This document shows positions 13,581 through 26,903 of a stretch of 64,000 nt of DNA, piece after piece. How positions within the stretch are numbered: the stretch's first letter is position 1; every line of letters begins with the position of its first letter. The translations under genes were made by a program, and so were the position numbers. Source of the stretch: Paraspadella gotoi (Eukaryota; Animalia; Chaetognatha); contig CM119269.1 of the NCBI GenBank assembly GCA_051294375.1, positions 7,421,446 through 7,485,445 on the forward strand, given 5' to 3'. The notes beneath the pieces are model-generated. The model made no database searches. It was not told the origin of the DNA and worked only from the letters and a program-made list of their open reading frames with translations.

Positions 13581-14753
13581 CACGGTAGGGCAGAGAGGAT
13601 GTGAAAAGAACACAAAAAAGTGCCATCCTGAAAACTATAAAATCTTTAAAGTATAACCCAATACCCATGAGACACTTAATTAGTAGGTCAGTAAAAATTC
13701 ATTTAAGGTACGTTTTATTTTAAATGCTCATTCAAGTTTTTTAACATTTTTATAAAATTTTTTTAAATAGTTTAGTGGAAAATTGCTTTACAAATTTTAA
13801 GTGTTTATACATCTATCATTATCTACAGAGCATAAGCTTTAATTTGAGACCTCTCACCAACTTTTACGATTTTTTTGTTATTGAATTATAGTAAAAATCA
13901 TTAATTTACAAAAAAAAAATAATAATCAATCAGGTTTTTTCAAAACGGATTCTTTTTTAAAAATAAAAGTACAAATAGCGTTCTCAAAATGCAGTTCTAC
14001 TTATTTAGCCCTAAAAACAAAATTAAAAAAAAATTGTATAAATTTATTATAAAAATAAATAATACAGATATTTTATTTTTTAAGAAAAATATTGATATTT
14101 GATTAAAAAACTTAATCTCAAATAAAAATAACAGATAATATTAGTTGAGCATTTAATTCAAATCATATCCAGGCTTAAAAAGTAATTATATAATTATTAC
14201 TTATCAACAAAAAAAATTTATTCATAAATTATATTATAATAATAACCACTCAATATTTGATAAATATTAATTATACAGACAAATTATTGTAAAAATATTT
14301 AACTAAACATAATGATCTTAACTTTTAATACTTAATTATAGTATATATTAATTTTTTTTAAATATTTTTTTATTTTTAAAGTTTTATATTAAATATATTA
14401 TTTTAAAAAAAACTTATTATTAAAGCCTAATAAGTAGAAATGTCATTTTGATAACATATTTGTATTTATTTTTAAAAGAAATAATCTGTTCAATGGTATT
14501 ATATAATTTTTTTGAAAAAAATATTTAATTTTAACTTATATTTTTCAAAGCAAAAGTAATAGAAAGTTTGGAGTGGTTTTCCAAATTAAAGCTTATGTTT
14601 GTAGATTAATGACCAGACATATAGAAACATTCAAATTGTAAGCATATTCCATAACTCCTTAAAATTTTCAGGAATTGTTATTGTTTGCCAAATTCTTTTT
14701 ATAAAAAATTTTAAAAAAAAACCTGCCTTTATTCGAATTTTTACTGACCTACC
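13581..14753. mobile_element. long-TIR MITE, Tc1/mariner-like (other parts: 16359-17078 inverted left half, 24895-25426 right half)
   Basis: It starts TA|CACGGTAGGGCAGAGAG, and the matching terminus CTCTCTGCCCTACCGTG is at 25410-25426. Internal inverted arms include 13683 gtaggtcagtaaaaattc vs gaatttttactgacctac ending 14752, and ~13830 vs ~14590. Confidence 0.7.
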
Positions 14754-14798
14754 TGCGGTTCATCTCAGGCGAATTAAAATAACTTAAAAATAATTTCA

Positions 14799-14866
14799 TC
14801 GCTCCCGGGATTCGAACCCGGGCCGAGGGCTCGGTCTGTCTGGCTCTCGGCCTCAGCTATCAAGGC
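14799..14866 (-). mobile_element. tRNA-derived SINE head or tRNA pseudogene
   Basis: The minus strand reads GCCTTGATAGCTGAG (box A-like)...CCCGGGTTCGAATCCCGGG (box B in a T-arm hairpin). There is no proper anticodon arm or acceptor stem. Confidence 0.6.
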
Positions 14867-15199
14867 AACCCTTAAGTCCGAAAAGCTCAGAAATTCATCT
14901 ATTTTAGGCTTAATCAAATTCGAGAGCCTTTTGTTTTTATCGAATCAGAGCTCAACAACAGAGGTCCTTTCCCGCCTGATTTCAACTTAACTTGAAAATT
15001 TGATGTACTTTAATGATTGTTTCCACTGATTTCACATTGCCTTCTGATCTTGGATTCTGAAAATAAAATGTTTTTACATCAAAACATAATAAACAATTTT
15101 ATTTAATCATTCTCTACAATTGTAAATAACATTCACTCTGAGGAAAAGTTTATCTTCAATTAGAATTCAATTTAAAACAATTTTTGATCTAAGTTCTCA

Positions 15200-15527
15200 A
15201 TACATTGATTGCCTTCCCTGCGACACACAACGTTTAGAACCAATCATTCAGTTATCCTGGATTAAGTTCATACTGTTTGGTAAAAACCTTTAACTCGCCG
15301 CGGCCACACTCTGGCCATCCCCGACATCTCGAACGCCAACCAACCTTCAACGAGGAGACGACCAGGCCGGCGACAGGAGCAGCTTAAACTCTCCCTGACT
15401 TGGTAGATTGGGTTCGCGACACCGGTTATAAGCAACCGTTCCCCAATCCTTTGCTCGCGGGAACACCTTTTTCAATTCTTTTTCATCCGCCAACATCGCG
15501 AGGCCCTCGACGCATTTCGACAGGACT
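15200..15527 (-). mobile_element. possible degenerate Penelope-like RT-to-GIY-YIG linker fragment
   Basis: KELKKVFPRAKDWGTVAYNRC resembles the PLE L..vFP...vAYrr..NL motif. It is followed by Cys/Gly-containing decayed sequence. Confidence 0.3.
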
Positions 15528-16358
15528 TTTTTGTCATAACTTTTGAACGGATTATCCGATTTTGAAGCAATTTTGCAGGAAGATAATATTCAAAATTTCC
15601 TATCGATTGGTGCCCAATTCATTGAGAAATACTTAATGGTTTAGAAACGATGCACATCCCCACTTTATCGTGTTGTTTAATTGTCATTTATTGATCTGTT
15701 TTACTTTACAGTGAAATGAGTGCCGTGTTGTTGTCGATAAATGATAAGTGTCAGAATACTTAGAATACAAGGTTCTAGGCAAGCGTCTCCTCATGGCATT
15801 NNNNNNNNNNNNNNNNNNNNNNNNNNNNNNNNNNNNNNNNNNNNNNNNNNNNNNNNNNNNNNNNNNNNNNNNNNNNNNNNNNNNNNNNNNNNNNNNNNNN
15901 NNNNNNNNNNNNNNNNNNNNNNNNNNNNNNNNNNNNNNNNNNNNNNNNNNNNNNNNNNNNNNNNNNNNNNNNNNNNNNNNNNNNNNNNNNNNNNNNNNCC
16001 CGCTCTGAATGATGTGAGCCACCTTCGCCCACTGGCGAATCTCCATAAATCCGCCTCCAACAATGACAACAATAATGACGATAACAATTGACTTACTTGA
16101 TTGATTTATTGAATAAATGATTAATTGATAAATAAATTTATTGATTGAATAATTAATTAATAGATAAATAAATTGATTTATTGAATAATTAATTAATTTA
16201 TTACCGCTAATGATCATAGTCAGATCCGACATTGTTTGTTCAAACTTGTTATCTTATGTAAAGCTTATCACAAGATTTTACTGAGGTGGTAAAAAGATTA
16301 CTTCCGTCAAAAAGTATTTAATCCCAAAAAATGAGAAATGTCGTGGGCATGATCAAAA
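15528..16358 (+). repeat. direct copy of 7133-7883 in the spacer of the inverted duplication
   Basis: Runs from ataacttttgaacggattatccg to gtcgtgggcatgatcaaaa and contains the 198-N gap. Confidence 0.9.
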
Positions 16359-17710
16359 ATCATTATGTTTATTAATATTTTTACATATTTGTCTATAATT
16401 AATATTTATCAAATATTGAGTGAGTTATTATTATAATATAATTTTATGAATAAATTTTTTTGTTGATAAGTAATAAATTATATAATTACTTTTTAAAGCT
16501 GGATATGATTTTGAATTAAAGTGCTCAACTAATATTTATCTGTTATTTTATTTGAGATTAAGTTTTAATCAAATATCACATATTTTTCTTAAAAAAATAA
16601 AATTATCTGTATTATTTATTTTTTATAATAAATTTATATCAATTTTTTTTTAAATTTGTTTTAGGGCTAAATAAGTAGAACTGCATTTTGAGAACCTATT
16701 TGTACTTTTATTTTTAAAAAAGAATCCGTTTGAAAAAACTGATTGATTATTATTTTTTTTTTAAATTATGATTTTTACTTATAATTCAATAACAAAAAAT
16801 CGTAAAAAGTTGGAGAGGTCTCAAATTAAAGCTTATGCTCTGTAGATAATGATAGATGTATAAAACATTAAAATTGTAAGCATTTCACTAAACTATTTAA
16901 AAAATTTTATAAAAAAATTTAAAAAACTTTAATGAGCATTTAAAAAAAACCTACCTTTATCGAATTTTACTGACCTACTACATTAAGTGTCTCATGGGTA
17001 ATTGGTATACTTTAAGATTTTATAGGTTTCAGAGATGGCACTTTTTTTGTTTCTTTCACATCCTCTCTCCCTACCGTGTATTTTCAACATTTAAAATTGT
17101 TTGCTCCTAATTTTTTTTTTCAATTTTTCTTATCTCTTCTTTATTTTTTTCTTTATTCTTTTTTCCTCTTTGTCGAGAATCTATGAAAAAAATTACATAT
17201 TTATTTTTTTAATTATTCTTTTTAATATATTTAAATAAATCTGAGCTAAAAAAGATTTTTTCTATCGAACAAAAACTGTAATTAAGTTAATTAAAATTTA
17301 AATTAAACTTTTTTAATTCTATAAATTAAAAATTTTATTTCTTATATTTTTATTATTTTTCTTTAAATTAAGTCTCTTTTTTTTAAATCCATAACGTTTT
17401 TCATGTTACAAAAGTTTAAACCAAAAGGATTGATCTGTTTTATTGGCAATATTGCATAATATTATGCTTATACATACTTAAATCTCTAACACACACTCTC
17501 TCTCTATCTTCTTTCTTTTCCTCTCTTGCACTGAAACAAAAAGCAAATAAAAAAAATATATAAAATAAATAAATCAAAATTATTAATAAACAAGTTTGAG
17601 CAAACAATGCCGGATCTGCCCACGATCATTAGCGTAATTAATTGATTAATTAATTGAATAAAAATAAATTATTTAAGTAATTACATATTAATTAATTAAA
17701 ATAATAACAT

Positions 17711-19035
17711 CAAGATAAAATTCCCAGACCGAACACTTCAGGAGCCGTCTATTGGGCGGCCTGTGCAGGGAAGGGCAACCAACCCTGCACAGCAGCATAC
17801 GTGGGCGAGACAGGAAAGTCTCTGTCAGATCGGTTCAAACAGCACACAAAGCATATCGGGACCCACGTGGTCATTACTTATCGGCTATTGCTGAGCACAC
17901 AGCAACCTCCCGCCATCTGTTCAGAGAAACTGACTGTCTCGTGCTGTCCCATGACCAAAACTGGTTCACTAGAGGTATTAGAGAGGCGATTTACATCAAA
18001 GCCCTCGAGCCCTCTCTGAATCGTGATGGAGGACGATTCGACTCCCTCCAAGATATGATTCGCTAATTAAAATGGAGGTGGAACGCCCAGCACCACCCCA
18101 ACCGCACGGTGATTCCCTGTCCCCACTCAACGGGTCAGACGGAGGCCTCCCAGCAGGCAATGGACGCACGATACCTCTCCCAAACCTGCAGCACCTTGGT
18201 GTGACTCTTCTCACACTGAGCGTCGCCCAAAACGACGGCTGCAGGAGGAGGGAGAGGAGTCTGTATCACCTGCAGCAAAGCAGGCCAGAACAGGCATTTG
18301 CCCGCCTTGCCGTCAGGCGAGAGGAGGGACTTCGGCAGGCTTATCAGGCCAGAGGGATATCAGAGTGGCATTGGGCATTTTTCCAGGCGGCTCGTTACCA
18401 GATCCTGGACAATCTCGATCCATGACGATACCTCTCAGCCCATGACAAGTCAATGACCCGATCATATCATCAACGTCCTGCTTTGCCAGGCCGGGGGGGG
18501 GGCAGCTCATTTTGAGCTCTTTATTTTCTCTAATTCTACAACTTAGCTATCCCTAACTACACATTCTCCTTTTCTCTTTCTCTTTATTTCAATCTTAATT
18601 AACAAACTAGTTAAAATATTCTCAGTTAAATCTACTAGTTTAAGCATTAAGTATATTTATTTATTGTTATTGAATTATTTATTCCTTTATCTTTGTTGTA
18701 CATTACAAAAAATGTAAATATTTTCTCTCTCTCTGTTCTTCAAATTTTCACTATTCACATTTCAACCACTTTCCTCTTCTTCTCTCTCCTTACCTTTACC
18801 TGTCCTCAATCTGACCACTGTCCTTATCTCAACCTTTGTTGGAAGCTTTATCTCTCTCTCTCTGTCTCTCTCTCTCTCTCTCAATCTCTCTCTCTCTCTC
18901 TCTCTCTGACTCAATGTTAAGAGAAAAATTTGCTGATTAATCAAACGCTGATGAAGGCTTATACTTAAAGCCGAAACATGTCCTATGTAAAAATAAATCG
19001 TTGTACATAAACAAATGAACTTTGTCTTTCTCTAA
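17711..19035 (+). mobile_element. 5'-truncated Penelope-like retroelement: GIY-YIG endonuclease C-terminus plus 3' pLTR-like tail
   Basis: The frameshift-corrected reading GAVY...C...C..AYVGETGKSLSDRFKQH...SAIAEH....H.F...VLSHDQNWFTRGIREAIYIKALEPSLNRDGGR..LP..YD has the PLE GIY-YIG signature. A hammerhead motif follows at 18948. Confidence 0.9.
18948..18982 (+). ncRNA. minimal hammerhead ribozyme motif
   Basis: CTGATGA-A-GGCTT-atactta-AAGCC-GAAAC-ATGTC: catalytic core, stem II, palindromic ACATGT and a GUC cleavage triplet. Confidence 0.8.
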
Positions 19036-19367
19036 TAATAACATCGAACATTTGGGAGCTCAAATGATTTGAACAAAGACAACGACGATGAACACAATGA
19101 CGAAAACGACAACGAAGTCTTTGTACTTTGTGAGCCGTAGTACAGTAGTGATCAATAAGAATGACCTGTTTTTACCCAATCTTGTTATGGATGACCTTTT
19201 TCTCAGCCAATGTAAATACTAGTTGTTGTTGTTATTATTTTTATCATTTTTACTTTTTTACTGTTTTTGACAATACCAGGTTTTCTTTATCACAAAAAAC
19301 ACGCCAAAATTTTTTTATAAATTTTTGTTTTGATCACCGCAAACATTATAAAAATATTTCATTAATT

Positions 19368-19695
19368 AATTTAGAGAAAGCAAAGAATTTTGAATTTGTA
19401 ACAACGATTTTTAATTAATAGTTGACATGTTTCGGCTTGTTTACTTCAAGCCTTCTATCAGCATATGACATCTATAGAGAGAAGAGAGAAAAGAGAGGGT
19501 AAAAGTTTCAACAAAGTGGTTAGACAGAATAGTGGTCAGATGTGAGGACAGGTTGAAGGTAAGGGCAGATTGAGTGAGTTGTGAAAAGAAGTGAAACTTG
19601 TTAAAGAGAGAAGGTGAGAGAGAGAGAGAGAAACAAAACAACAGGGATAAATAAATAATAAAGATACATTTTTGCAATGTACAACAAAGATAAAG
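19368..19695 (-). mobile_element. second PLE pLTR-like tail, inverted, with hammerhead at 19424-19461 (mirror copy 10750-11080 +)
   Basis: Similar to 18686-19035 (ctttgttgtacatt...acctgtcctca..ctgaccact...ctgatgaaggctt...gccgaaacatgtc...aaatcgttgt...tttctctaa). Confidence 0.75.
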
Positions 19696-20845
19696 AGTTT
19701 AATTAATTAAAAAATGATGGCAACCACGACAATGATAATACCGACGATGACAAATTGAATTATTGCTTAATTTTTTTAATTGATTGATTGAATATTTGAT
19801 TAATTGATTGAATAATTAATTAACTGATCAGTTCTGGCATTGTGAGCTCAAACTTGTTTGTTTTTTTGTCTTTTCATTATGACAAAAGAAATGACTACCC
19901 TGATGATGATTATGATGACAACAAGGATAGCACCATTATATTAATTGAATGATTGATTGATCAAATAAAATAAATTCATATCAGGCCTGTTAATTTTTAG
20001 TCTTTTGTCAGGTCACTGACAGGACAAAAGCAACCACGATGTTGGAGATGACATTGTTTAATTGATTGATTAATTAATGTAATTAATTATTGATTAATAA
20101 ATTAATTGAATATTAATTGATTGATAAAAATGATTCATTAATTTTTAAGTGATTTTGATTGATAGTTGTTTAGTTAATTGATTGTATTAATTAATTGATT
20201 AATTGAATAATTAATGCAGCTTGTATTTATATTTAAAAAAAGAAAAAGAAAATAGGGAAAAAGGTTTTTTTTTTCATTTAACTCATTTCCACTCGAACGA
20301 TTCTTACAATCTTACAAATCTTACAATTTTCATAGTAAAAATTTCACTTGTTATTTGTTACCAAAAAAAGATTGTTTAAAATTATTTTACCAATGAATAC
20401 TATGTCTAAAAAGAGTATTTTTATAAATAATAACAAATGTAAAATTTCTAAGAAAGGAAGCGATGTGCACTCGAAACCGAAAGCAATCCGGGCTAAAAAA
20501 GTAAGGATTGCACCGAAAACGGGAGCGGGAGGGGTCTTGGAAGCGCGGATTGGCAGCGGCGGAAAAATCGATCGCTTCCACATCTCTGTTTAAACCCATC
20601 ACAGAACCTTATAAAAAAATTGAAAGCTTTGTTATTGTTTTTAATATTAAATAAATTTATTAAATAATTTTTCTAGATATTTAAATTTTTGTTAGGTTGG
20701 TACATGTAAAAGTTCTTACTTGTCATTTTATTTTGATATTCTTGATTTAGGATAGATTAATCTAGCAGAAAAACCTAAAATAATGTGATAAAAAATATTT
20801 TAAAAGTAAAAGCAGTAAAAAAACAGTAATTTTTTTTATTGCTAG

Positions 20846-22404
20846 GTGATTCGGTATCTTCGCAGTCGATAATCTGTTTTCATGGGAGTTCAACAAGTTT
20901 TTTTTATTGATATCACAAATGTTATCTGCAGTATCTTTATCTAGCGGTGGCTACCGAATACAGAATTGAGCATTTAACTTTCAAAAGCTCAATCAATAAA
21001 ATTATCTACATGATATATGGAACATTTCAGGATGTGTTGGTCTCTGCATTTCTTCTACTTCATTTTTTCGTTCAGCATCAAAATGTTCATTTATCTTTGT
21101 TTTCTAGCACCTTTGATGGATTTAGAGTTTTTACTTTCAAAGAAATTGAACTACTTATGAAAACTCATAATTAACTTTGGGTTTGGATCAAAGAAAACAA
21201 TACCTAAACTAAAATCAATTGAATTTCAAATGATATTGATGCCATTGTTTTCTAATCTTTATATTAATCGATGTTTGTAAAATACCTGGACCATCAAAGT
21301 TTGAGTATATCTATAACAAAATTGATGGATGATACAGAATTCAAATTTGGACTTTACAATAGACAGACAGTGTATGTGCCTGGGTTGAAAATTCTCTTGA
21401 TAACGATAATAACTTTTGTTTAGTTCCAGAATACATGTTTTTCAAAGTCCAATTAAGCATATTATTGTCTTACTTGAGTCGAAAGAAATATCAGCAGATA
21501 CATGGTTCTTTGAACTAGGAAACCATAATTTTTTATCTTACAATTTTTCTTCTATTCAAATAAATTGAGCATTCTAGATATTGTTATAACGCTGCCATTC
21601 ATTGTATGGATAATACAAGAAAAGGCACATCTAAAATATTTTTTTGTTTGGCCTATATTATTTTCTTTTCTATGATGATATATAAATTTAATTTCTATGA
21701 ATCATTATGAAAAAAAATGTGAGAAACATGTTATACTTCTGCAAAGTGGATTGCCGCAACTATTACGGTGAAACTGTGGATGACTGTAAATAGGATCATT
21801 TTTTTACCTATTTAAAAAGATCCTCTCTAATTTATTTTACTGTTTTTTGGCAGTTTTGTTATTAAGAACATTAAAGCAATTATTTTTTTGAAACAATGCA
21901 AAAAATTCAGAGATATTTTATTTTTGTCATGGTAGTGCGTCACATCACAAGTACCATATTTATAATTAAAACTTTAATGGCTGCTGGAGACAAGAAACCT
22001 TTAAAGACAAAGATTTTTAATTTATGCAATTCTCTCTAATCACTAATAATGCAAAAGAAATAAAGGAAAGTCTTTTGACTATTCTATATTAGGAAACAAT
22101 TTTTTTTTCTTTCTGTGTGTTTCTTTTTTGCCATTTTTCTATAACACTTTTCTACTACTCACACTGTTTTTTAAAAAGTGTTTTCACCACAGTTTATGTT
22201 GTTTTTTGGATATTTTTTTTATTTTTTTTATATTTCGTTCTTAAATCCATATTCAAAGATGAAAATATTAAACTAGAATCAGATAACCCGGAGTTTTTAG
22301 TAATTCTTTTTGATCTGCGCTATTATATTGTTTATTTATGTAAAACTAAATTGGCCGAGGTGCAAGACCTAATGAAGTTTCTCAATTGTGAACGACTTTT
22401 TTAG
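20846..22404 (+). CDS. AT-rich long exon encoding a 7TM class C GPCR-like protein, copy 2 (frameshifted)
   Basis: Acceptor ttattgctag|gt. The consensus of three copies gives 7 hydrophobic segments, a Cys before TM3 (DDC) and in ECL2 (NLC), LLLRTIKAIIF after TM3, and KSVFTTVYVVFWIFF in TM6. Confidence 0.5.
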
Positions 22405-24894
22405 TTTATACAATGAACTTACTGACTTTCATAATTTAGATATGCTAGTTTTTTGATCATGCCCACGACATTTCTCATTTTTTGATAAATACTTTTGACG
22501 GAAGTAATCTTTTTACCACCTCAGTAAAATCTTGTGATAAGCTTTAGCATAAGAATACAAGTTTGAGACAAACAATGTCGGATCTGACTATGATCATTAG
22601 CGGTAATAAATTAATTATTATTTCAATAAATCAATTTATTTATCTATTAATTAATTATTCAATCAATAAATTTATTTATCATTAATCATTTATTCAATAA
22701 ATCAATCAAGTAAGTCAATTGTTATCGTCATTATTGTTGTCATTGTTGGAGGCGGATTTATGGAGATTCGCCAGTGGGCGAAGGTGGCTCACATCATTCA
22801 GAGCGGGTTGCATCGGGTCTCCAACGACGTCCTCCAAACTGGGTCTGTTCGGGCGGCGCGGTCGACAGAAGCAACAGTCTTATAATGTATGGATCTGAGA
22901 GAAGACAGAAGCACACAATGCCATGAGGGGACGCTTGCCTAGAACCTTGTATTCTAAGTATTCTGACACTTATCATTTATCGACAACAACACGGCACTCA
23001 TTTCACTGTAAAGTAAAACAGATCAATATGACAATTAAACAACACGATAAATGGGGATGTGCATCGTTTCTAAACCATTAAGTATTTCTCAATGAATTGG
23101 GCACCAATCGATAGGAAATTTTGAATATTATCTTCCTGCAAAATTGCTTCAAAATCGGATAATCGTTCAAAAGTTATGACAAAAAGCGATCGCGAAAAAC
23201 GCACTTCAAAACGATCAACTTTCGCTTAAAATTTTACTCATTTTGATCGGCGATTCGGATTAGGCGCGATCCGGGCCTCATAAGAAGTAATTAAATAATC
23301 GAAAGCAAGAAAATATAGAATTCTAATGAGTATAAGTTATAAAAATACTATAATTATGATAGAATATAAAAGAGAAAAGATAAAGAGAGCAAAAGATAGG
23401 GACCGGAAGTGTTTGGTGAGTTTTTTATTTTTCTATTTCCGGAAAACATAGGGAATCGAAACAAAAAAGAAGGCATTTTAAAAAAAATTACTGTATAAAA
23501 CATATTGAAAGATAAGACTTGATCTTTGGAAAACAAAATGCACAAAACATAATTCTAACTGTTATGCAAAAAATAATAATTTAAATTACAATTATCTAGT
23601 ATTATTTGAAAGTTTAACATTTGTTTGTACACAGTATCAAGAAAACAATTTCGGGGTAAAACCCTAAGGTAACATATGATGCTAAAGCCTTTGCTTAACC
23701 TTTATCACCATCTTTTAAACCTTGAAAATGATCCCCTGATGTCCCGGCCAATAATACACGAATATATTTTTCAAAAGTTATTTTACTGTGTATCATCAGA
23801 TAAATTGATCTCTGAGTATAAAATTGGTGTAATCTCTTCCCTATTATGTTAAGAATCTATATATGTTTTCTAGACTCTGGTATATTCCATTGTTTAGTAG
23901 ATTTGTCTCATATTTTCATTTATTGTTTAATTAAATATCTTTTTTTGACAAAATATTTTTTCAAAGTTTTAACATGAAAATACAGAAACATTTTATCGCA
24001 ACATTTATTGAAATTTTGAAGAAATTGATTAGATGGTTTGGTAAGGCACGATTTTAATTTTTTTTATCCACAATTTAACACTTTTTCACACTATTCATGA
24101 ATTTTTCAAGTTGCAAGATTAAAACCGAAAAAATTATCGACGGAGATTTAGACGAGAATCTCGCTTAAAAAAAATTCAACATTTTTCTAATAGAGATTTC
24201 CGTTAAAATCTGACTACCCATATTGCAAATGAGATTGCCAGAAATTCGGGTAAAAAACAGTTGTAAAAACACACGATTCCGATAGGTTATATCTTAAGAG
24301 CTCGCCAAATTTGTCTTATGCATTGTCGATTCTAAGAGTTTTTCACCAGGAGTCAATTCGGGAAAAATCTTCTATGGCGAAAATCTTCCAAATAAGGGGT
24401 CGATTTTCCGAAGATTTTGGTTATATTCATATATTCTATGGTAGGATTTTTTTGAAACTTAATATTATAATATATTGCCATCATTCTACCTTGGCGTATA
24501 AGAATATATTAAAAAAAACCTCGGCTTTGTTCGTCAGAGCTTAGTCCTAAGTTTGCGCCTTTTGATGAAGGCGGAAGATTTCAAAATATTTCGATTTTCT
24601 TAAAATATAAATAAATGAGGATTTTGATTTATTTCCTCGTGGCAAGAAAAGACAAAATACCATTAATTTAAAACTACATCTAATTCTTTATGAAATGTTT
24701 ATCTTTAATGGCTTCGTTAATGCCAAAAGATAATGTTTGGTTAATACGATTCTGGCAGGTACAGGGAGCTTTCAATGTTGGATGTGATACGAAAAAACTT
24801 GTAATATAATCGAAATGAAAGAATAAGGAAAAAAAAATTTTTCATACTGTAAAAAATACTTGCCTTTTANNNNNNNNNNNNNNNNNNNNNNNNN

Positions 24895-25333
24895 TAACTT
24901 TTAATACTTAATTATAGTATATATTAATATTTTTTTAAATATTTTTTTATTTTTAAAGTTTTTATATTAAAATTATTATTAATTAAAAAAAAACTTATTT
25001 TAAAGCCTAATAAGTAGAAATGTATTTTGAGAACATATTTGTATTTTATTTTAAAGAAATAATCTGTTCAATGGTATTAATTGATTAATCTTTTGAAAAA
25101 AAAAATATTTAATTTTTACTTATATTTCAATAGCAAAAAGTAATAGAAAGTTTGGAGTGGTTTCAAATTAAAGCTTATGTTTTGTAGATAATGACAGACA
25201 TATAGACATTCAAATTGTAAGCATATTCCATAAACTACTTAAAATTTTTTAGGAATTGTTTATTGTTTGCCAAATTTTTTTTATAAAAAAATTTAAAAAA
25301 AAACCTGCCTTTATCGAATTTTACTGACCTACC
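24895..25333 (+). repeat. direct copy of 14319-14753 (right half of the MITE)
   Basis: taacttttaatacttaattatag...ttactgacctacc is shared by both copies. Confidence 0.9.
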
Positions 25334-26903
25334 ACAAAAAGTGTCTCATGGGTATACTTTAAGATTTTATAGGTTTCAGAGATGGCACTTTTTTTGTTTC
25401 TTTCACATCCTCTCTGCCCTACCGTGAATAAATATTAAAAACAAATTTTTAAAAGAAAAATCAAGAAAGAGCAGGGGGTTGCAAAGATTTTAATACATTA
25501 AATACCTTTCATTTCTAACCAATAAAAACAAATGACCAGGAAGCGAACACGCAGGGTTATTATAGCTTCCGGGTTCAATCCTTTATTCTCAATTTTTCTA
25601 TCGCTCCCGGTTTCGGGTTCTTCAAAAATCGGCCGCTTCCACAGTGTTCGCTTACGCTTTCCGGATCGCGTCCACATCTCTGCTCCTAATGATAGATTAC
25701 AATCTTTAAAATGGGTACAGCATTAAACATATATTCCAGTATATTTATTATGTATTTTAAAATGTATCTTTTATAAAATTGTATAATAATGCTCATCTAA
25801 AAAATTTTTCTCATACTTTTTCATATATATAGTATAAACATATAGATATGTACCTCACACTAAACTAACGCTCAGGTTTGAGCCCTGGTGCGGTGGTTCT
25901 GTTGGGAGTTGCGTTTATTTTTTTCACTGTAACTTTCGATAGAATTGTTGGGGATTCGAATCCTTCAATACTTTACCCCGCACAAACTGACATTGACTAT
26001 GCTATTCAAGCATATTCTATTTAAGATTCATTACCACTTTTTCTTCTTTAATCAACAACCCATATTTATTCAATTTCCTCATTACCTTAACGGGTTTTTA
26101 ATCCTAAATGATGCAAGTTAAAAAAAATTTCAAAGTATCAAATATTATTAGTTCCACAGTAACAGTTCAGCTTAAGCCCTTGAAAGCGATTTACATGTAT
26201 TGGCGCCGCCACTGGTCTTCTGATTGACCAATCAGAGAGGAGGCTTCCCTCAGGAAACCGACGGCAGAGAAACGAGAGAGGGGACTAGATGACTCTTCAA
26301 CTTACCTTCAAGAAACAAACATCAAACTCCTTATGGACTATTTGTTATATTGTTTATTGCCTGCCTTTCCTCTGCATAATCTACATATTTTGTACATTAA
26401 TTATCATCATCCTAACGCGTTCTTATGTCAATAAAACTCCTCCTATTTCTCCCTTAATAAACCACGCCTACTTCCTTCGTTAGTCGAAAGCTTTAAATTT
26501 TTGGACAGGCTTCGATCTGCTCCATTCTGTAGTTTCTTATGTGAAAATGAGTTATAAATCGATGTTATAATTTTATTTGATAGACATTGTTCTTTCGTGC
26601 TTATTTTTTTCGCGTTTAAAATTAGAATTAATTTTTTTTTTTTTTGTTGACAGGCTATCAATTTGTTTTATTTTCAGAGAAGAAAAACGTAAAAATAAAA
26701 AAAATTCATTGTCCGTCAACAAAACAAATTTTTTTAATTCAATTCTAATTGTATTTAATTATCAAACGTTGACCACTGTTATAGCCTCCACTCATAGTTG
26801 ATCTTTCTGCTTTCATTTTTCTCCCTTCATCCGATAATCTTGAACGTTTCTGTCACCCTCTCACTCTTTAAAAGTCACACTTTCAATTATCTCTCTATCT
26901 CTC

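Larger units (their letters stand above)
5397..24869. repeat. large inverted duplication: arm 5397-14316 versus arm 16359-24869
   Basis: The arms are collinear reverse complements across their length (e.g. 5400 vs 24860, 9840 vs 20570, 12600 vs 18030, 13581 vs 17078, 14300 vs 16370), differing mainly by small indels. Confidence 0.95.

Noticed and set aside
14799-14866. Functional tRNA gene
   Set aside because: The acceptor stem and anticodon arm do not form. Only box A/B and the T-arm remain.
26185-26490. Solo LTR
   Set aside because: It has a TG start and AATAAA, but no clear CA end, TSD or second copy.
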